Below are positions 1-8,717 of a stretch of DNA of 13,470 nt, piece after piece. This DNA is from a bacterium (lineage in GTDB: Bacteria; UBA10199; 2-02-FULL-44-16; DYJF01). Below the pieces are notes generated by a model. It was not told the origin of the DNA, did no database searches, and was given only the letters and a program-made list of their open reading frames with translations. The position numbers were made by a program, and so were the translations under genes. Positions within the stretch are counted from its first letter, which is position 1, and each line of letters starts with the position of its first letter. The DNA lies in assembly GCA_041739675.1 (NCBI GenBank), contig JBGSNL010000017.1, positions 1 to 13,470 of the forward strand, written 5' to 3'.

Positions 1-2
1 AA

Positions 3-626
3 CGGCATAAGGGAATTTCAGCGTTCATTGTGGAGAAAACGTTTCCGGGATACAAAGTCGGCAAGGTGGAAAAAAAGCTGGGCATCAGGGCGTCCTCCAC
101 TTCGGAGATCGTCCTCGATAATTGCGAAGTGCCGAAAGAAAACATTCTCGGCAAAGAAGGGGACGGTTTTGCCATCGCAATGTCAACTCTGGACGGCGGG
201 CGCATAGGGATAGCGGCGCAGGCGCTGGGAATTTCCCGCGCGGCGTTTGAGGTTGCGGCAAAATATTCCACCGAACGCGAGGCGTTTGGCAAGCCGATCT
301 GTGATTTCGAGGGCATCCAGTGGAAGCTGGCAGACATGGCCATGAAAATAGACGCGGCAAGGCTTCTTATGTGGCGCGCGGCATGGCTCAAGGGCCAGAA
401 GATGAAGTACACGAAGGAAGCGGCGATGGCCAAGCTCTTTGCGTCCGAAACGTCGATGGAAGTTACAAAAGAGGCGATACAGGTTTTGGGCGGATACGGT
501 TATTGTAAGGAATATCCGGTCGAGAGGTTTTTCCGCGACGCGAAGATCACGGAGATCTACGAAGGCACGAGCGAAATCCAGAGGATCGTGATTGCAAAGA
601 ACGTGTTAAAGGAAATTGTCGGCTAA
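3..626 (+). CDS. Acyl-CoA dehydrogenase (short/branched-chain type), 5'-truncated by the window edge
   Basis: The frame is open upstream of the track's GTG at 30 (RHKGISAFIVEK...). It contains the family motifs KLGIRAS, LDGGRIGIAAQALG, REAFGKPI, GGYGY and IYEGTSEIQ (catalytic Glu at the SCAD/MCAD position). The TAA stop at 624-626 directly abuts the next ATG. Confidence 0.95.
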   Translation, partial: RHKGISAFIVEKTFPGYKVGKVEKKLGIRASSTSEIVLDNCEVPKENILGKEGDGFAIAMSTLDGGRIGIAAQALGISRAAFEVAAKYSTEREAFGKPICDFEGIQWKLADMAMKIDAARLLMWRAAWLKGQKMKYTKEAAMAKLFASETSMEVTKEAIQVLGGYGYCKEYPVERFFRDAKITEIYEGTSEIQRIVIAKNVLKEIVG

Positions 627-2216
627 ATGCACAAGAAAGAATTCACAACCATATCTTCACGCCAGATAGAGCGCCTCTACGGTCCGGAGGCGATGGGCGA
701 TTTCGATTACGCGCGGGATCTGGGCTCACCGGGCGAATTTCCATTCACGCGCGGGATCCACGCCACGATGTACCGCGGCCGCCACTGGACGATGCGGCAA
801 TTCTCCGGTTTCGGCACCGCGGTTGAAACCAATGAGCGTTACAAATTTCTGCTGCATCACGGGCAGACCGGCCTCTCGGTCGCCTTCGATTTCCCAACGC
901 TCATGGGCTACGACTCCGATCAGGAGAGATCGGAAGGCGAGATAGGAAAGTGCGGCGTCGCGATAGACACGCTCGCCGATATGGAAACGCTTTTTTCAGG
1001 GATCCCGCTTGATAAGGTCACAACATCAATGACGATAAACGGGCCTGCGTCGATACTGCTCGCAATGTATCTTGTGGTCGCGGAGAAGGAAGGCGTTTCT
1101 TGGGACAAGGTCGGCGGCACGGTTCAGAATGACGTGCTCAAGGAATTCATAGCGCAAAATTCGTGGGCCTTTCCGCCGGAGCCTTCGATGCGCGTCGTCG
1201 TTGATATGATAGAGTTCTGCACGAAGCACGTTCCGAAATGGAACACGGTTTCGATATCGGGCTATCACATCCGTGAGGCGGGCTCCACGGCGGCGCAGGA
1301 GCTGGGGTTCACGCTGGCCGATGGGATCGCGTACGTCGAGGCGTGCGTCAAACGCGGCCTCAACGTTGACGATTTCGCCCCGCGTCTTTCGTTTTTCTTC
1401 AACGCGCACAACGATTTTTTCGAAGAGATAGCAAAATACCGCGCGGCGCGCCGCATCTGGGCGCACGTCATGAAAGAACGCTTTCATGCGAAAAACGAAC
1501 GTTCCCTCATCCTGAGATTCCACACGCAGACCGCGGGATGCTCGCTCACCGCGCAGCAGCCCTATAATAATGTAGTGAGAACGACCATCCAGGCGCTGGG
1601 CGCCGTTCTTGGCGGGACGCAGTCGCTTCACACGAACTCGCTCGATGAAACACTGGCTCTTCCAACCGAAAACGCGGTTCGCATTGCGCTGCGCACCCAG
1701 CAGATAATAGCGAACGAATCGGGCGTGGTGAACACAATCGATCCGCTGGGAGGATCGTATTTTGTCGAAGCGCTCACCAATGAGATGGAAAAAGATGCCC
1801 TCGCGATTATAAAAAAGATCGACGACATGGGCGGAATCCTGAAAGCGATAGCAATCGGCTACCCGCAGAAGGAGATCGCAGAGGCCTCGTACCGTTATCA
1901 GAAGCAAATTGAATCGAAGGAAAAAATAATTGTCGGCGTAAATGACTTTACGGTGAAGGAAGATCATCCCATAGAAATTCTGAGAATCGGCGAGGAAACC
2001 GCAGCGGCACAGATCGAGCGGTTAAGGAAAGTGAAGCAAACAAGAGACGCTCACAAGGTCAAGCAGACGCTGGCCGCATTGAAAGAGGCGGCCTCGACCA
2101 ATAAAAATGTTATGGGACCTCTCATCGAATGCGTACGCGCATATGCAACGTTAAACGAGATGACGGAAACGATGCGGAGCGTGTTCGGGGAATACAGGGA
2201 CCCGGCGATATTTTAG
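627..2216 (+). CDS. icmA: B12-dependent acyl-CoA mutase large (substrate-binding) subunit, isobutyryl-CoA mutase (IcmA)-type
   Basis: Methylmalonyl-CoA mutase-family motifs [62 protein letters not shown], with no fused B12 domain. Specificity positions are Phe59 (801-803) and Gln177 (1155-1157) instead of the Tyr/Arg of true MCM. Family is near-certain; the substrate call is inferred. Confidence 0.8.
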   Translation: MHKKEFTTISSRQIERLYGPEAMGDFDYARDLGSPGEFPFTRGIHATMYRGRHWTMRQFSGFGTAVETNERYKFLLHHGQTGLSVAFDFPTLMGYDSDQERSEGEIGKCGVAIDTLADMETLFSGIPLDKVTTSMTINGPASILLAMYLVVAEKEGVSWDKVGGTVQNDVLKEFIAQNSWAFPPEPSMRVVVDMIEFCTKHVPKWNTVSISGYHIREAGSTAAQELGFTLADGIAYVEACVKRGLNVDDFAPRLSFFFNAHNDFFEEIAKYRAARRIWAHVMKERFHAKNERSLILRFHTQTAGCSLTAQQPYNNVVRTTIQALGAVLGGTQSLHTNSLDETLALPTENAVRIALRTQQIIANESGVVNTIDPLGGSYFVEALTNEMEKDALAIIKKIDDMGGILKAIAIGYPQKEIAEASYRYQKQIESKEKIIVGVNDFTVKEDHPIEILRIGEETAAAQIERLRKVKQTRDAHKVKQTLAALKEAASTNKNVMGPLIECVRAYATLNEMTETMRSVFGEYRDPAIF

Positions 2217-2224
2217 AGGTGTGA

Positions 2225-2623
2225 ATGGAAAAGAGAGTCCGCATATTGGTGGCAAAGCCTGGCCTCGACGGCCATGACAGGGGCGCAAAGTTCGTCGCGC
2301 GCGCTCTCCGCGACGCCGGTTATGAGGTGATCTACACCGGCCTTCATCAAACGCCTGAAATGATAGTCTCGGCTGCAATTCAGGAGGACGTCGACGCCAT
2401 CGGCCTTTCGATTCTCTCCGGCGCGCATCTTCATCTCTTTGGAAAGGTGAAAGAGCTTTTGAAGGGGCAAAAGGCTGAGGATATCGTTCTTTTCGGCGGC
2501 GGAATTATCTCCGATGAAGATGTTGCAGAGCTCAAGAAAATAGGTGTAGAAAAGATTTTCAAACCGGGAGCGCCCACTGAAGAGATAGTTTCGTGGGTCA
2601 AAAAACACGTGAAGACAAAGTAA
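2225..2623 (+). CDS. icmB: Cobalamin-binding small subunit of the acyl-CoA mutase (IcmB/McmB-like)
   Basis: [15 protein letters not shown] (DxHxxG), [10 protein letters not shown] (SxL) and GGGII motifs. 132 aa, 8 nt downstream of the large subunit, with a GAGGTG RBS-like sequence. Confidence 0.85.
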   Translation: MEKRVRILVAKPGLDGHDRGAKFVARALRDAGYEVIYTGLHQTPEMIVSAAIQEDVDAIGLSILSGAHLHLFGKVKELLKGQKAEDIVLFGGGIISDEDVAELKKIGVEKIFKPGAPTEEIVSWVKKHVKTK

Positions 2624-2636
2624 ACCGGAGGTGACC

Positions 2637-3767
2637 ATGAAGCGAGTTGCAATTATCGGAACCGGATCGACTGCCCACAAGGCAAAGACGCCCGACGTCT
2701 CATACCGCGAGCTTATCTTCGGCGCCGCGACGAAGGCGTATGCCGATGCGCGCATCACGCACAAAGATGTGCAAAGTTTTGTAACCTGCGCCGAAGATTT
2801 CATAGAGGGCTATTCGATAGCCGACGAATACACGCCGGATCAATTGGGCGCGGTGCTCAAACCCATGCAGACCATACCGGGCGATTTCATTCAGGGGCTG
2901 GGTGTCGCCTATATGATGATACAGGCGGGCATCTTCAGGATCGTTGCGGTCGAGGCGCACAGCAAGTTCTCCAACATCAAGACGCCTGACGAAGTGGCTT
3001 CATTTGCGCTCGATCCCGTATACAACCGCCCGCTGAATTTAAATCCGCATTTTGTGGCGGGCCTCGAGATGAACCGCTATTTGCATGATTCCGGAAACAC
3101 GGCCACGCACTGCGCGGCGGTTGTCGTAAAAAATAGAAAGAACGCGCTCAAGAACCCGCTTGCAGCGTACGGTGCGGAAATCAACATAAAGGATGTCGAA
3201 AATTCCGGTGAGGCGTCGTGGCCGCTTAGGAAGGCCGACGTGAGCAACAGGGCCGACGGCTGCATAGTGATGGTCTTGGCCGACGAAGATACCGCAAAAT
3301 CGCTCTCGAAAAAACCTGTCTGGATCAAAGGTGTCAGTTGGTGCTCCGACACGCCGGGACTTGAGACGCGTGAGTGGGGCAAGGCCGTCTACGCGGAGCT
3401 TGCGTCGAAGAAAGCGTATGAGATGGCGGGGATCAAAAATCCCGCAAAAGAGATCGACGTCGTCGAGGTCGATGACGAATATTCATACAAGGAATTGCAG
3501 CATCTGGAGGCCATGGGATTTTGTGAAAAGGGAACCGCCGGAAAATTGATCCTCGACGGCGAACTTTCTACCAACCTCTCGGGCGGAAGCCTTGGAATGG
3601 GCCATCTTCTTGAGGCATCGGGCGCTGCAAGGACGTATGAAGTTGTAACGCAGCTCCGGGGCGATGCAGGTGAGAGACAACTCAAAAAAGCGGGCTTCGG
3701 ACTGGCGCAGGGTTGGCGCGGGGTGCCGACAACGACCGGAGCGGTCATTATTTTGGCTAACAGCTAA
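2637..3767 (+). CDS. SCP2-type thiolase-fold protein lacking the canonical nucleophilic Cys (subunit 1 of a putative heteromeric aldolase/thiolase)
   Basis: N-terminal RVAIIGTG, plus VKNRKNALKNPLA, ADGCIVMVLA, IDVVEVDD and NLSGGSLGMGHLLEASG. Start placed at ATG 2637 because of GGAGG at 2627-2631. The CxS site reads TIPGDF. Confidence 0.88.
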   Translation: MKRVAIIGTGSTAHKAKTPDVSYRELIFGAATKAYADARITHKDVQSFVTCAEDFIEGYSIADEYTPDQLGAVLKPMQTIPGDFIQGLGVAYMMIQAGIFRIVAVEAHSKFSNIKTPDEVASFALDPVYNRPLNLNPHFVAGLEMNRYLHDSGNTATHCAAVVVKNRKNALKNPLAAYGAEINIKDVENSGEASWPLRKADVSNRADGCIVMVLADEDTAKSLSKKPVWIKGVSWCSDTPGLETREWGKAVYAELASKKAYEMAGIKNPAKEIDVVEVDDEYSYKELQHLEAMGFCEKGTAGKLILDGELSTNLSGGSLGMGHLLEASGAARTYEVVTQLRGDAGERQLKKAGFGLAQGWRGVPTTTGAVIILANS

Positions 3768-3778
3768 GGGGAGGCAAC

Positions 3779-4936
3779 ATGCGACGAGTTGCAATAGTTG
3801 GTGCTGGCATAACAAAATTCATGAGGCGCGCACAGGAGACGGGAAAAGAGCTTTCATATGAGGCGTCGAAGATGGCGCTCGATTCCTGCGGCCTCACGCT
3901 CAAAGACATAGACATGGTCACGCTGGGTACTGCGCCCGACGCATTCGACGGCGTCCATATGAAAGGCGAGTGGCTCTCAGACGGCGCGGGCGGATGGCGG
4001 AAACCCTACATCCGCAACTACGTGGGAGGCGGAACCGGGGTCTTTGCGCCGATTCACGGCTTTTTCCACGTCGCGTCTGGAATGGCGGACTCGTGCCTCG
4101 TCGTATGCGAAGAGAAGATGAGCTCGTGCCATCCCCATCCGCAGGGGGCGTTCAAAACAATCTTCGATCACACGCTCGAGCAACCTTTGAATCCGACGCT
4201 CATCTGGATATTTGCGCTGGAGATGAACCGCTACATGCACACATACGGGCTCACGAAGAAAGACATCGCGCTCGTCTCAGTTAAAAACAAAAGGAACGCG
4301 CTCGACCATCCGTCCGCTCAGATTCCCGAAAATCTCACCGTGGAAGACGTTCTCAATTCCGAAACTCTGGCGTGGCCGGTCAACCGCCTGGATATCAGCC
4401 CTGCGTCCGACGGCGCGGCGGCGGTCGTTCTGATGAGCGAAGAGAAGGCGAGAAAGATCACGGACAGGCCGGTCTGGATTTCGGGTGTGGGCTGGAACAT
4501 CGACACCGCATATTGGGCGACGAAGGAGCTCTGTTATCCAAGGTATGTCGAGAAGGCCGCGCGCCAGGCGTACGAGATGGCGGGTATCAAGGAGCCGCAC
4601 AAGGAAATTCAGGTGGCCGAGCCCTACGATCCGTTCAGTTATAAAGAATTACATCATATGGAAGGGCTCTTGCTCTGTAAAAAGGGCGAAGCCCCGAAAC
4701 TTCTGGCCGACGGTGTCACTCAGAGAACCGGCAATCTGCCGATCTGCCCGTCCGGCGGCGCACTGGGAGTGGGAAACCCGATTGCCGCAACCGGCCTCAT
4801 GAAGATAATAGAAATATTCCTGCAGCTCCGAGGCGAGGCGGGAAAACGCCAGGTGCCGGGAAATCCGAAAGTGGGGCTGGCTCAGGCGTGGGGCGATCTG
4901 ATGCAGGTGGGAACCGTTGTTGTCATGAAGTCTTAA
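3779..4936 (+). CDS. SCP2-type thiolase-fold protein lacking the canonical nucleophilic Cys (subunit 2; Ltp3-like)
   Basis: RVAIVGAG, GTAPDAFDGV, VKNKRNALDHP, SDGAAAVVL, EPYDPF and PSGGALGVGNPIAATG. Strong GGAGG RBS. The CxS site reads YVGGGTG and the usual GHP is GNP. Confidence 0.9.
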   Translation: MRRVAIVGAGITKFMRRAQETGKELSYEASKMALDSCGLTLKDIDMVTLGTAPDAFDGVHMKGEWLSDGAGGWRKPYIRNYVGGGTGVFAPIHGFFHVASGMADSCLVVCEEKMSSCHPHPQGAFKTIFDHTLEQPLNPTLIWIFALEMNRYMHTYGLTKKDIALVSVKNKRNALDHPSAQIPENLTVEDVLNSETLAWPVNRLDISPASDGAAAVVLMSEEKARKITDRPVWISGVGWNIDTAYWATKELCYPRYVEKAARQAYEMAGIKEPHKEIQVAEPYDPFSYKELHHMEGLLLCKKGEAPKLLADGVTQRTGNLPICPSGGALGVGNPIAATGLMKIIEIFLQLRGEAGKRQVPGNPKVGLAQAWGDLMQVGTVVVMKS

Positions 4937-4945
4937 GGAGGCGAT

Positions 4946-5464
4946 ATGTTAGATAACGCGAAAATAAAAGGTAAAGGTCTCAAGTCATCCGATATAAAAG
5001 ACGGCAGCGTGCTAACACAATCCTGCAACCCCAAGCTGCAGTACGCATGGGACACGGGTCAGGCGGTGGGCCAATATCTCGACGGATTGAAGGACGGAAA
5101 GCTGGTCGGGAAAAAGTGCAACGGATGCAACCGCATCATGATCCCACCCAGAATGTTCTGCGAGCTCTGCTTCAAGGAGACCGGGGATTGGGTCGAGCTG
5201 AAAGATACTGGCACGGTGAATACTTTTTCGATCTGCTATGTGAATTGGGACGCGTCGCGTCTGCCACCGGGTGCCAAGCCGCATCTCCCGGCTGTCGTCG
5301 AAATTGACGGGGCTTCTGAGGGGATGGGGATACTTCATGTGTTGGGCGAGGTGGATCCGAAAGAAATAAAAATCGGCATGAAAGTGAAGGCCGTGTGGAA
5401 GCCCGCAAACGAGCGCACCGGAGCGATCACGGACATTAAATATTTCAAACCGTATGGAGGATAA
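4946..5464 (+). CDS. DUF35 family Zn-ribbon + OB-fold protein (thiolase/aldolase partner)
   Basis: CNGC...PPRMFCELC Zn ribbon, then GTVNTFS and IKIGMKVKAVW of the OB fold. TAAGGAGG RBS overlaps the upstream stop. Confidence 0.92.
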   Translation: MLDNAKIKGKGLKSSDIKDGSVLTQSCNPKLQYAWDTGQAVGQYLDGLKDGKLVGKKCNGCNRIMIPPRMFCELCFKETGDWVELKDTGTVNTFSICYVNWDASRLPPGAKPHLPAVVEIDGASEGMGILHVLGEVDPKEIKIGMKVKAVWKPANERTGAITDIKYFKPYGG

Positions 5465-5465
5465 T

Positions 5466-5921
5466 ATGGGCAAAGAGATCAGAACGAAAAAATGGGAAGG
5501 CGAGATCCCCGTTCATTACCTTTACACCTACGGTTTGGCGGGCGAGAAGTTCTTCCGCGAGATCAAGGATCGCGGCACTTTTGTTGCGACGAAATGCAGC
5601 AAGTGCAACGTCACCTATGTCCCGCCGCGCATCTACTGCGAACGGTGCTTTGCGGAGTTGGGTAATTATAAAGATGTGGGGACAAAGGGAACCGTTGAGA
5701 CTTATACGGTCTGCCATGAATCTGCCGATGGCAAAAAGCTGTCAAAACCCGAAATCATTGCAGCGGTCCGTCTCGACGGCACCGATGGCGGCCTTGTGCA
5801 CAGACTTTCGGTTGCTGACCCCTCGAAAGTGAATATCGGCATGAAGGTTGAGGCAGTCTTCGCAGAACCCGCGAAACGGACCGGATCTATCAACGATATC
5901 CTCCACTTCCGACCGATATAG
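5466..5921 (+). CDS. Second DUF35 family Zn-ribbon + OB-fold protein
   Basis: CSKC...PPRIYCERC, GTVETYT, VNIGMKVEAVF and RTGSINDI, paralogous to the preceding gene (RTGAITDI). Start placed at ATG 5466 from GGAGG at 5456-5460. Confidence 0.92.
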   Translation: MGKEIRTKKWEGEIPVHYLYTYGLAGEKFFREIKDRGTFVATKCSKCNVTYVPPRIYCERCFAELGNYKDVGTKGTVETYTVCHESADGKKLSKPEIIAAVRLDGTDGGLVHRLSVADPSKVNIGMKVEAVFAEPAKRTGSINDILHFRPI

Positions 5922-5928
5922 AATCAAT

Positions 5929-5993
5929 GTCATTCTGAGCCGGAGGCGAAGAATCCCATGAAATCGAGGGGATCCGGAGCGCAGCGAGGGATT
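5929..5993. repeat. Two degenerate direct copies of a short REP-like hairpin element
   Basis: GTCATTCTGAGCCGGAGGCGAAGAATCC (5929-5956; stem ATTCT/AGAAT) and GGATCCGGAGCGCAGCGAGGGATT (5970-5993; stem ATCC/GGAT) share ATYC-KGAGC...GCGA-RGRAT. From memory, this resembles the dispersed GTCATTCTGAGCGAAGCGAAGAATC intergenic repeats. Confidence 0.45.
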
Positions 5994-6032
5994 GCCCAGA
6001 AAATGAAAATTCATTTTCTGGGCAACTTTTTT
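5992..6032 (+). terminator. Perfect 16-bp inverted repeat followed by a T-run; probable intrinsic terminator of the catabolic operon (or an operator)
   Basis: TTGCCCAGAAAATGAA (5992-6007), AA, TTCATTTTCTGGGCAA (6010-6025), then CTTTTTT. It lies 70 nt after the last operon gene. Confidence 0.6.
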
Positions 6033-6048
6033 GGAGTAGTGCCGATAA
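6022..6048 (+). promoter_or_regulatory. Sigma28 (FliA/SigD)-like promoter
   Basis: GCAACTTT-N11-GCCGATAA compared with the sigma28 consensus TAAAGTTT-N11-GCCGATAA: perfect -10, correct spacing, 27 nt upstream of ATG 6076. Both boxes recur identically at 11389-11415. Confidence 0.7.
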
Positions 6049-6075
6049 TGATAGGGGGGAACGTGTGGGGAACAT

Positions 6076-8709
6076 ATGTCATTTGACCCTATAACAAAGC
6101 GATCAGATCGCCCATGTCAGGATTACTTTAACGAGTACTGCGCGGACGAATTCGGCGCGAAGCAGGCTGCACCCGATGAAACGGGTCAGGAAAGCGCAGC
6201 CGGGACGCCCGATCAGACGGCAGCGCAGAATGCGCAAGCCGCATTTCAACGTCTTCTCGCCCGCAGAAATGCTCAGGCTGCGTTTCAGAGACTCCTGGCG
6301 CGTCAGCAGTCCCAGCCCGCCGAGCCCGGAAGTTACAATTATTTCGTCCAGGCCCTAACGAAGTATCCTGAAACGCCTGCGGCGGCTGTGGAACTGGGTG
6401 CAGCCACCTTGACTCAGTACCGTGCCGAACTGGCCGCTCTCCTAGCCGAAGTGACAAACTCTACGATTCTGACTCCCGAACAAATTTCAAATCTTCAGGA
6501 TCTTATAAGTTCGCGCGATGTGAGTGTGGAACAGGCGCAATTGCTGGCGCCCGAGCCGCTCGCTCTGCCTTCACGCTCCCAGATCAGGGGTTGGGAGAGA
6601 GTCTTGAATGGAATCGACGGGCAGAGGATTGAGAGGCTTAGTGCGGCGACTGCGCAGGAAAAAATTCAGGCTATCGACGATATAATCGATAACCTCGACG
6701 GGTATGGGCTGTACGATAGCGAACCAGAGAATCTCACGGCCTTGAGAAATCGCGCTGCAGTTCTAAAATCGCTGCTTCAGCTGGCCATCGATATCGATTC
6801 GGTTCCGCACGGCGACGCCGTTGCGGCGCTGGGTACCGAAGGTGCGTTCAGTCCGCTTCTCTCAAAGTGCAGGTTTCTCACACTGAAATTAAACGCACTT
6901 ATTATCGACTCGGATCTCGACATAAGGAGCCGCCACAAGGACAAACTAGTCGAACTCCTGAACAAATACAGGGACGCATTGACAGAAGGATTGGAGACGT
7001 TGAGGGCCAGAATCGCTACACCACCTCCTTCGCCGCCTCCGCCTCCCGAACCTGTCGAAACGCCGGTTGAACAGCCGCTACCCGCACCGGAACCATATCC
7101 CGAAGTGCTTCCGCCGGAAAATCCAGCTCCCGTTCAGCAACCGTCTGCTCCAGCGGTTGAGCTTCCCGACCGCGACAAGGTCCGCGGATGGGATCGGACA
7201 TTGGACGGCGTCAACGGAAAGAAAATAGACGAGTTGAGTCTTGCTCAGGCTCAGGCGAAATTGGAAGACGTCACAGGGATCATCAACGAATACGATTTGT
7301 TCAATCTGGGCGACAATGCCACGACAGAACTTGCGAACCTGAGGAACAGGGCGGCGGTCTTGCAGTCTCTGCTGCAGCTGAGGGTCGACATTGACGCCAT
7401 CGCGCACGGGAACGACGTTCTGGAGCTTGATACACCCGAGTCGATCACCCCGATCCTTTCGAGATGCAGATTCCTCATGTTGAGGCTTAATGCACTTGCA
7501 ATTGATGACGCGCTGGACATACGCGGCCGCCATAAAGAAAAATTGCTGACGCTTCTGAGCGGTTATCAGGACGTTTTGGCGGAGAGAAAGACCGCTATCG
7601 AACAGATAGCTGCTGCAGAGGCCGCTGTTGCGGATCTGGAGGCGAAAGTTTCCGCTGCGAATTCAAGTATAAGCCAGATAGGCGCTTGCACGGTCTACAG
7701 GGAATATCAAACTCTGAAGAGAACGGCTCAAGAGACATATGATGCGGCAAACAGTCAGCTGGCAACGGCAAGAGCCGCGGTTCAAAGCGCCGAGGCGGCA
7801 TTCAATGCCGTTCCCAGAAACGCCAGAAGCGATCTTTCAGTCAGCTCGATCAGCGACAGGTTCGAAACTTCAGATGAAACGATGGGCGGGCTCTCGGTTC
7901 CAACGCAATGCGCCCGCTGCACGGATATCCCGGTTTTGCCTTCATACGAGCAGGCGACAACGGTCACTCGCGAGAGACCCCAAATGAGTATGGTTGGATC
8001 CGGTGCAGGGGCCGCTTCTGCGGGAAGCATCTATGAGCAATTCGATACGTTTATGAGAGAAAAGGTGAACCCCATAATAGATGAATGGTGGAACGGGCTC
8101 ACTGAAGACAATCCCCGCTACTGGATAAGAATCCATTTGAACGTTCATTATGCCCCCGATTCGGGTTGCCGCACATGCCAGAGAGGTACGATACACGACA
8201 TAATCGTCGAGCAGCCCGGTGGTCCTCAGTTCATAGGCGAGGAGAGGCTGGCTCAAATAAGGACTTTAGTTCAATACCTTCAGTTTTCGATTTCCGATAA
8301 CAGTCCGGACTTTGAAAATGGCCTTCTGAGCGGCCGCGATCTGGGTATAAATATGAGTTCTCTCATTGTTCATGCGAACTTCCCTTCGCGGGGAAGAGTA
8401 GTGGCCGCTTGCAGCAACCATCCGACAACGGAGCGCGCGACACACGACGAAATGATAGCGGCGGTGCAACGTGCAAGAAACAGCTTTTTCGGTGGCTACG
8501 AAAATCTTCGCCTCGCGATCGATCTGGACGCCAACTCAGACGGCTACGTGACGAGTGTCAAGATCACAGACGAGGGAGGCGCCGATCTTCAGCAATATAA
8601 AGACGATATTGAGGCTTTTGCCACGTCAATTGCTTTGAATATCAGGGTTCCCGAGGGTTCGCGCGGCGTAAGAATTGAACCGCTGCAGCCTGAGGAGGAT
8701 GAGGAGTAG
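6076..8709 (+). CDS. Uncharacterised 877-aa multidomain protein: tandem NAQAAFQRLLARR leader, duplicated 141-aa helical domain split by a Pro-rich linker, Ala-rich coiled coil, two putative TonB-C-like C-terminal domains
   Basis: Long ORF with a GGGGA RBS-like sequence. The internal repeats are conserved as protein but diverged at synonymous sites, which shows it is coding. No signal peptide or TM helix is visible. Confidence 0.88.
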   Translation: MSFDPITKRSDRPCQDYFNEYCADEFGAKQAAPDETGQESAAGTPDQTAAQNAQAAFQRLLARRNAQAAFQRLLARQQSQPAEPGSYNYFVQALTKYPETPAAAVELGAATLTQYRAELAALLAEVTNSTILTPEQISNLQDLISSRDVSVEQAQLLAPEPLALPSRSQIRGWERVLNGIDGQRIERLSAATAQEKIQAIDDIIDNLDGYGLYDSEPENLTALRNRAAVLKSLLQLAIDIDSVPHGDAVAALGTEGAFSPLLSKCRFLTLKLNALIIDSDLDIRSRHKDKLVELLNKYRDALTEGLETLRARIATPPPSPPPPPEPVETPVEQPLPAPEPYPEVLPPENPAPVQQPSAPAVELPDRDKVRGWDRTLDGVNGKKIDELSLAQAQAKLEDVTGIINEYDLFNLGDNATTELANLRNRAAVLQSLLQLRVDIDAIAHGNDVLELDTPESITPILSRCRFLMLRLNALAIDDALDIRGRHKEKLLTLLSGYQDVLAERKTAIEQIAAAEAAVADLEAKVSAANSSISQIGACTVYREYQTLKRTAQETYDAANSQLATARAAVQSAEAAFNAVPRNARSDLSVSSISDRFETSDETMGGLSVPTQCARCTDIPVLPSYEQATTVTRERPQMSMVGSGAGAASAGSIYEQFDTFMREKVNPIIDEWWNGLTEDNPRYWIRIHLNVHYAPDSGCRTCQRGTIHDIIVEQPGGPQFIGEERLAQIRTLVQYLQFSISDNSPDFENGLLSGRDLGINMSSLIVHANFPSRGRVVAACSNHPTTERATHDEMIAAVQRARNSFFGGYENLRLAIDLDANSDGYVTSVKITDEGGADLQQYKDDIEAFATSIALNIRVPEGSRGVRIEPLQPEEDEE
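6229..6303 (+). repeat. Coding tandem repeat NAQAAFQRLLARR / NAQAAFQRLLAR
   Basis: 39-nt unit; 12/12 amino acids identical while 10 of 12 codons differ synonymously. Confidence 0.95.
6565..7584 (+). repeat. Internal domain duplication (6565-6987 and 7162-7584) flanking a Pro-rich linker
   Basis: Residues 164-304 and 363-503 align without gaps, about 73/141 identical by manual count (LRNRAAVLxSLLQL, LSxCRFLxLxLNAL, LDIRxRHKxKL). Confidence 0.95.
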
Positions 8710-8717
8710 TCTGATCT

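Noticed and set aside
627..2216. Annotation as methylmalonyl-CoA mutase (mutA/scpA)
   Set aside because: It lacks the Tyr/Arg carboxylate-binding pair and has Phe/Gln instead.
2631..5465. Track starts at 2631 (GTG) and 5454 (ATG)
   Set aside because: Both overlap the GGAGG ribosome-binding sites that fit the downstream ATGs at 2637 and 5466.
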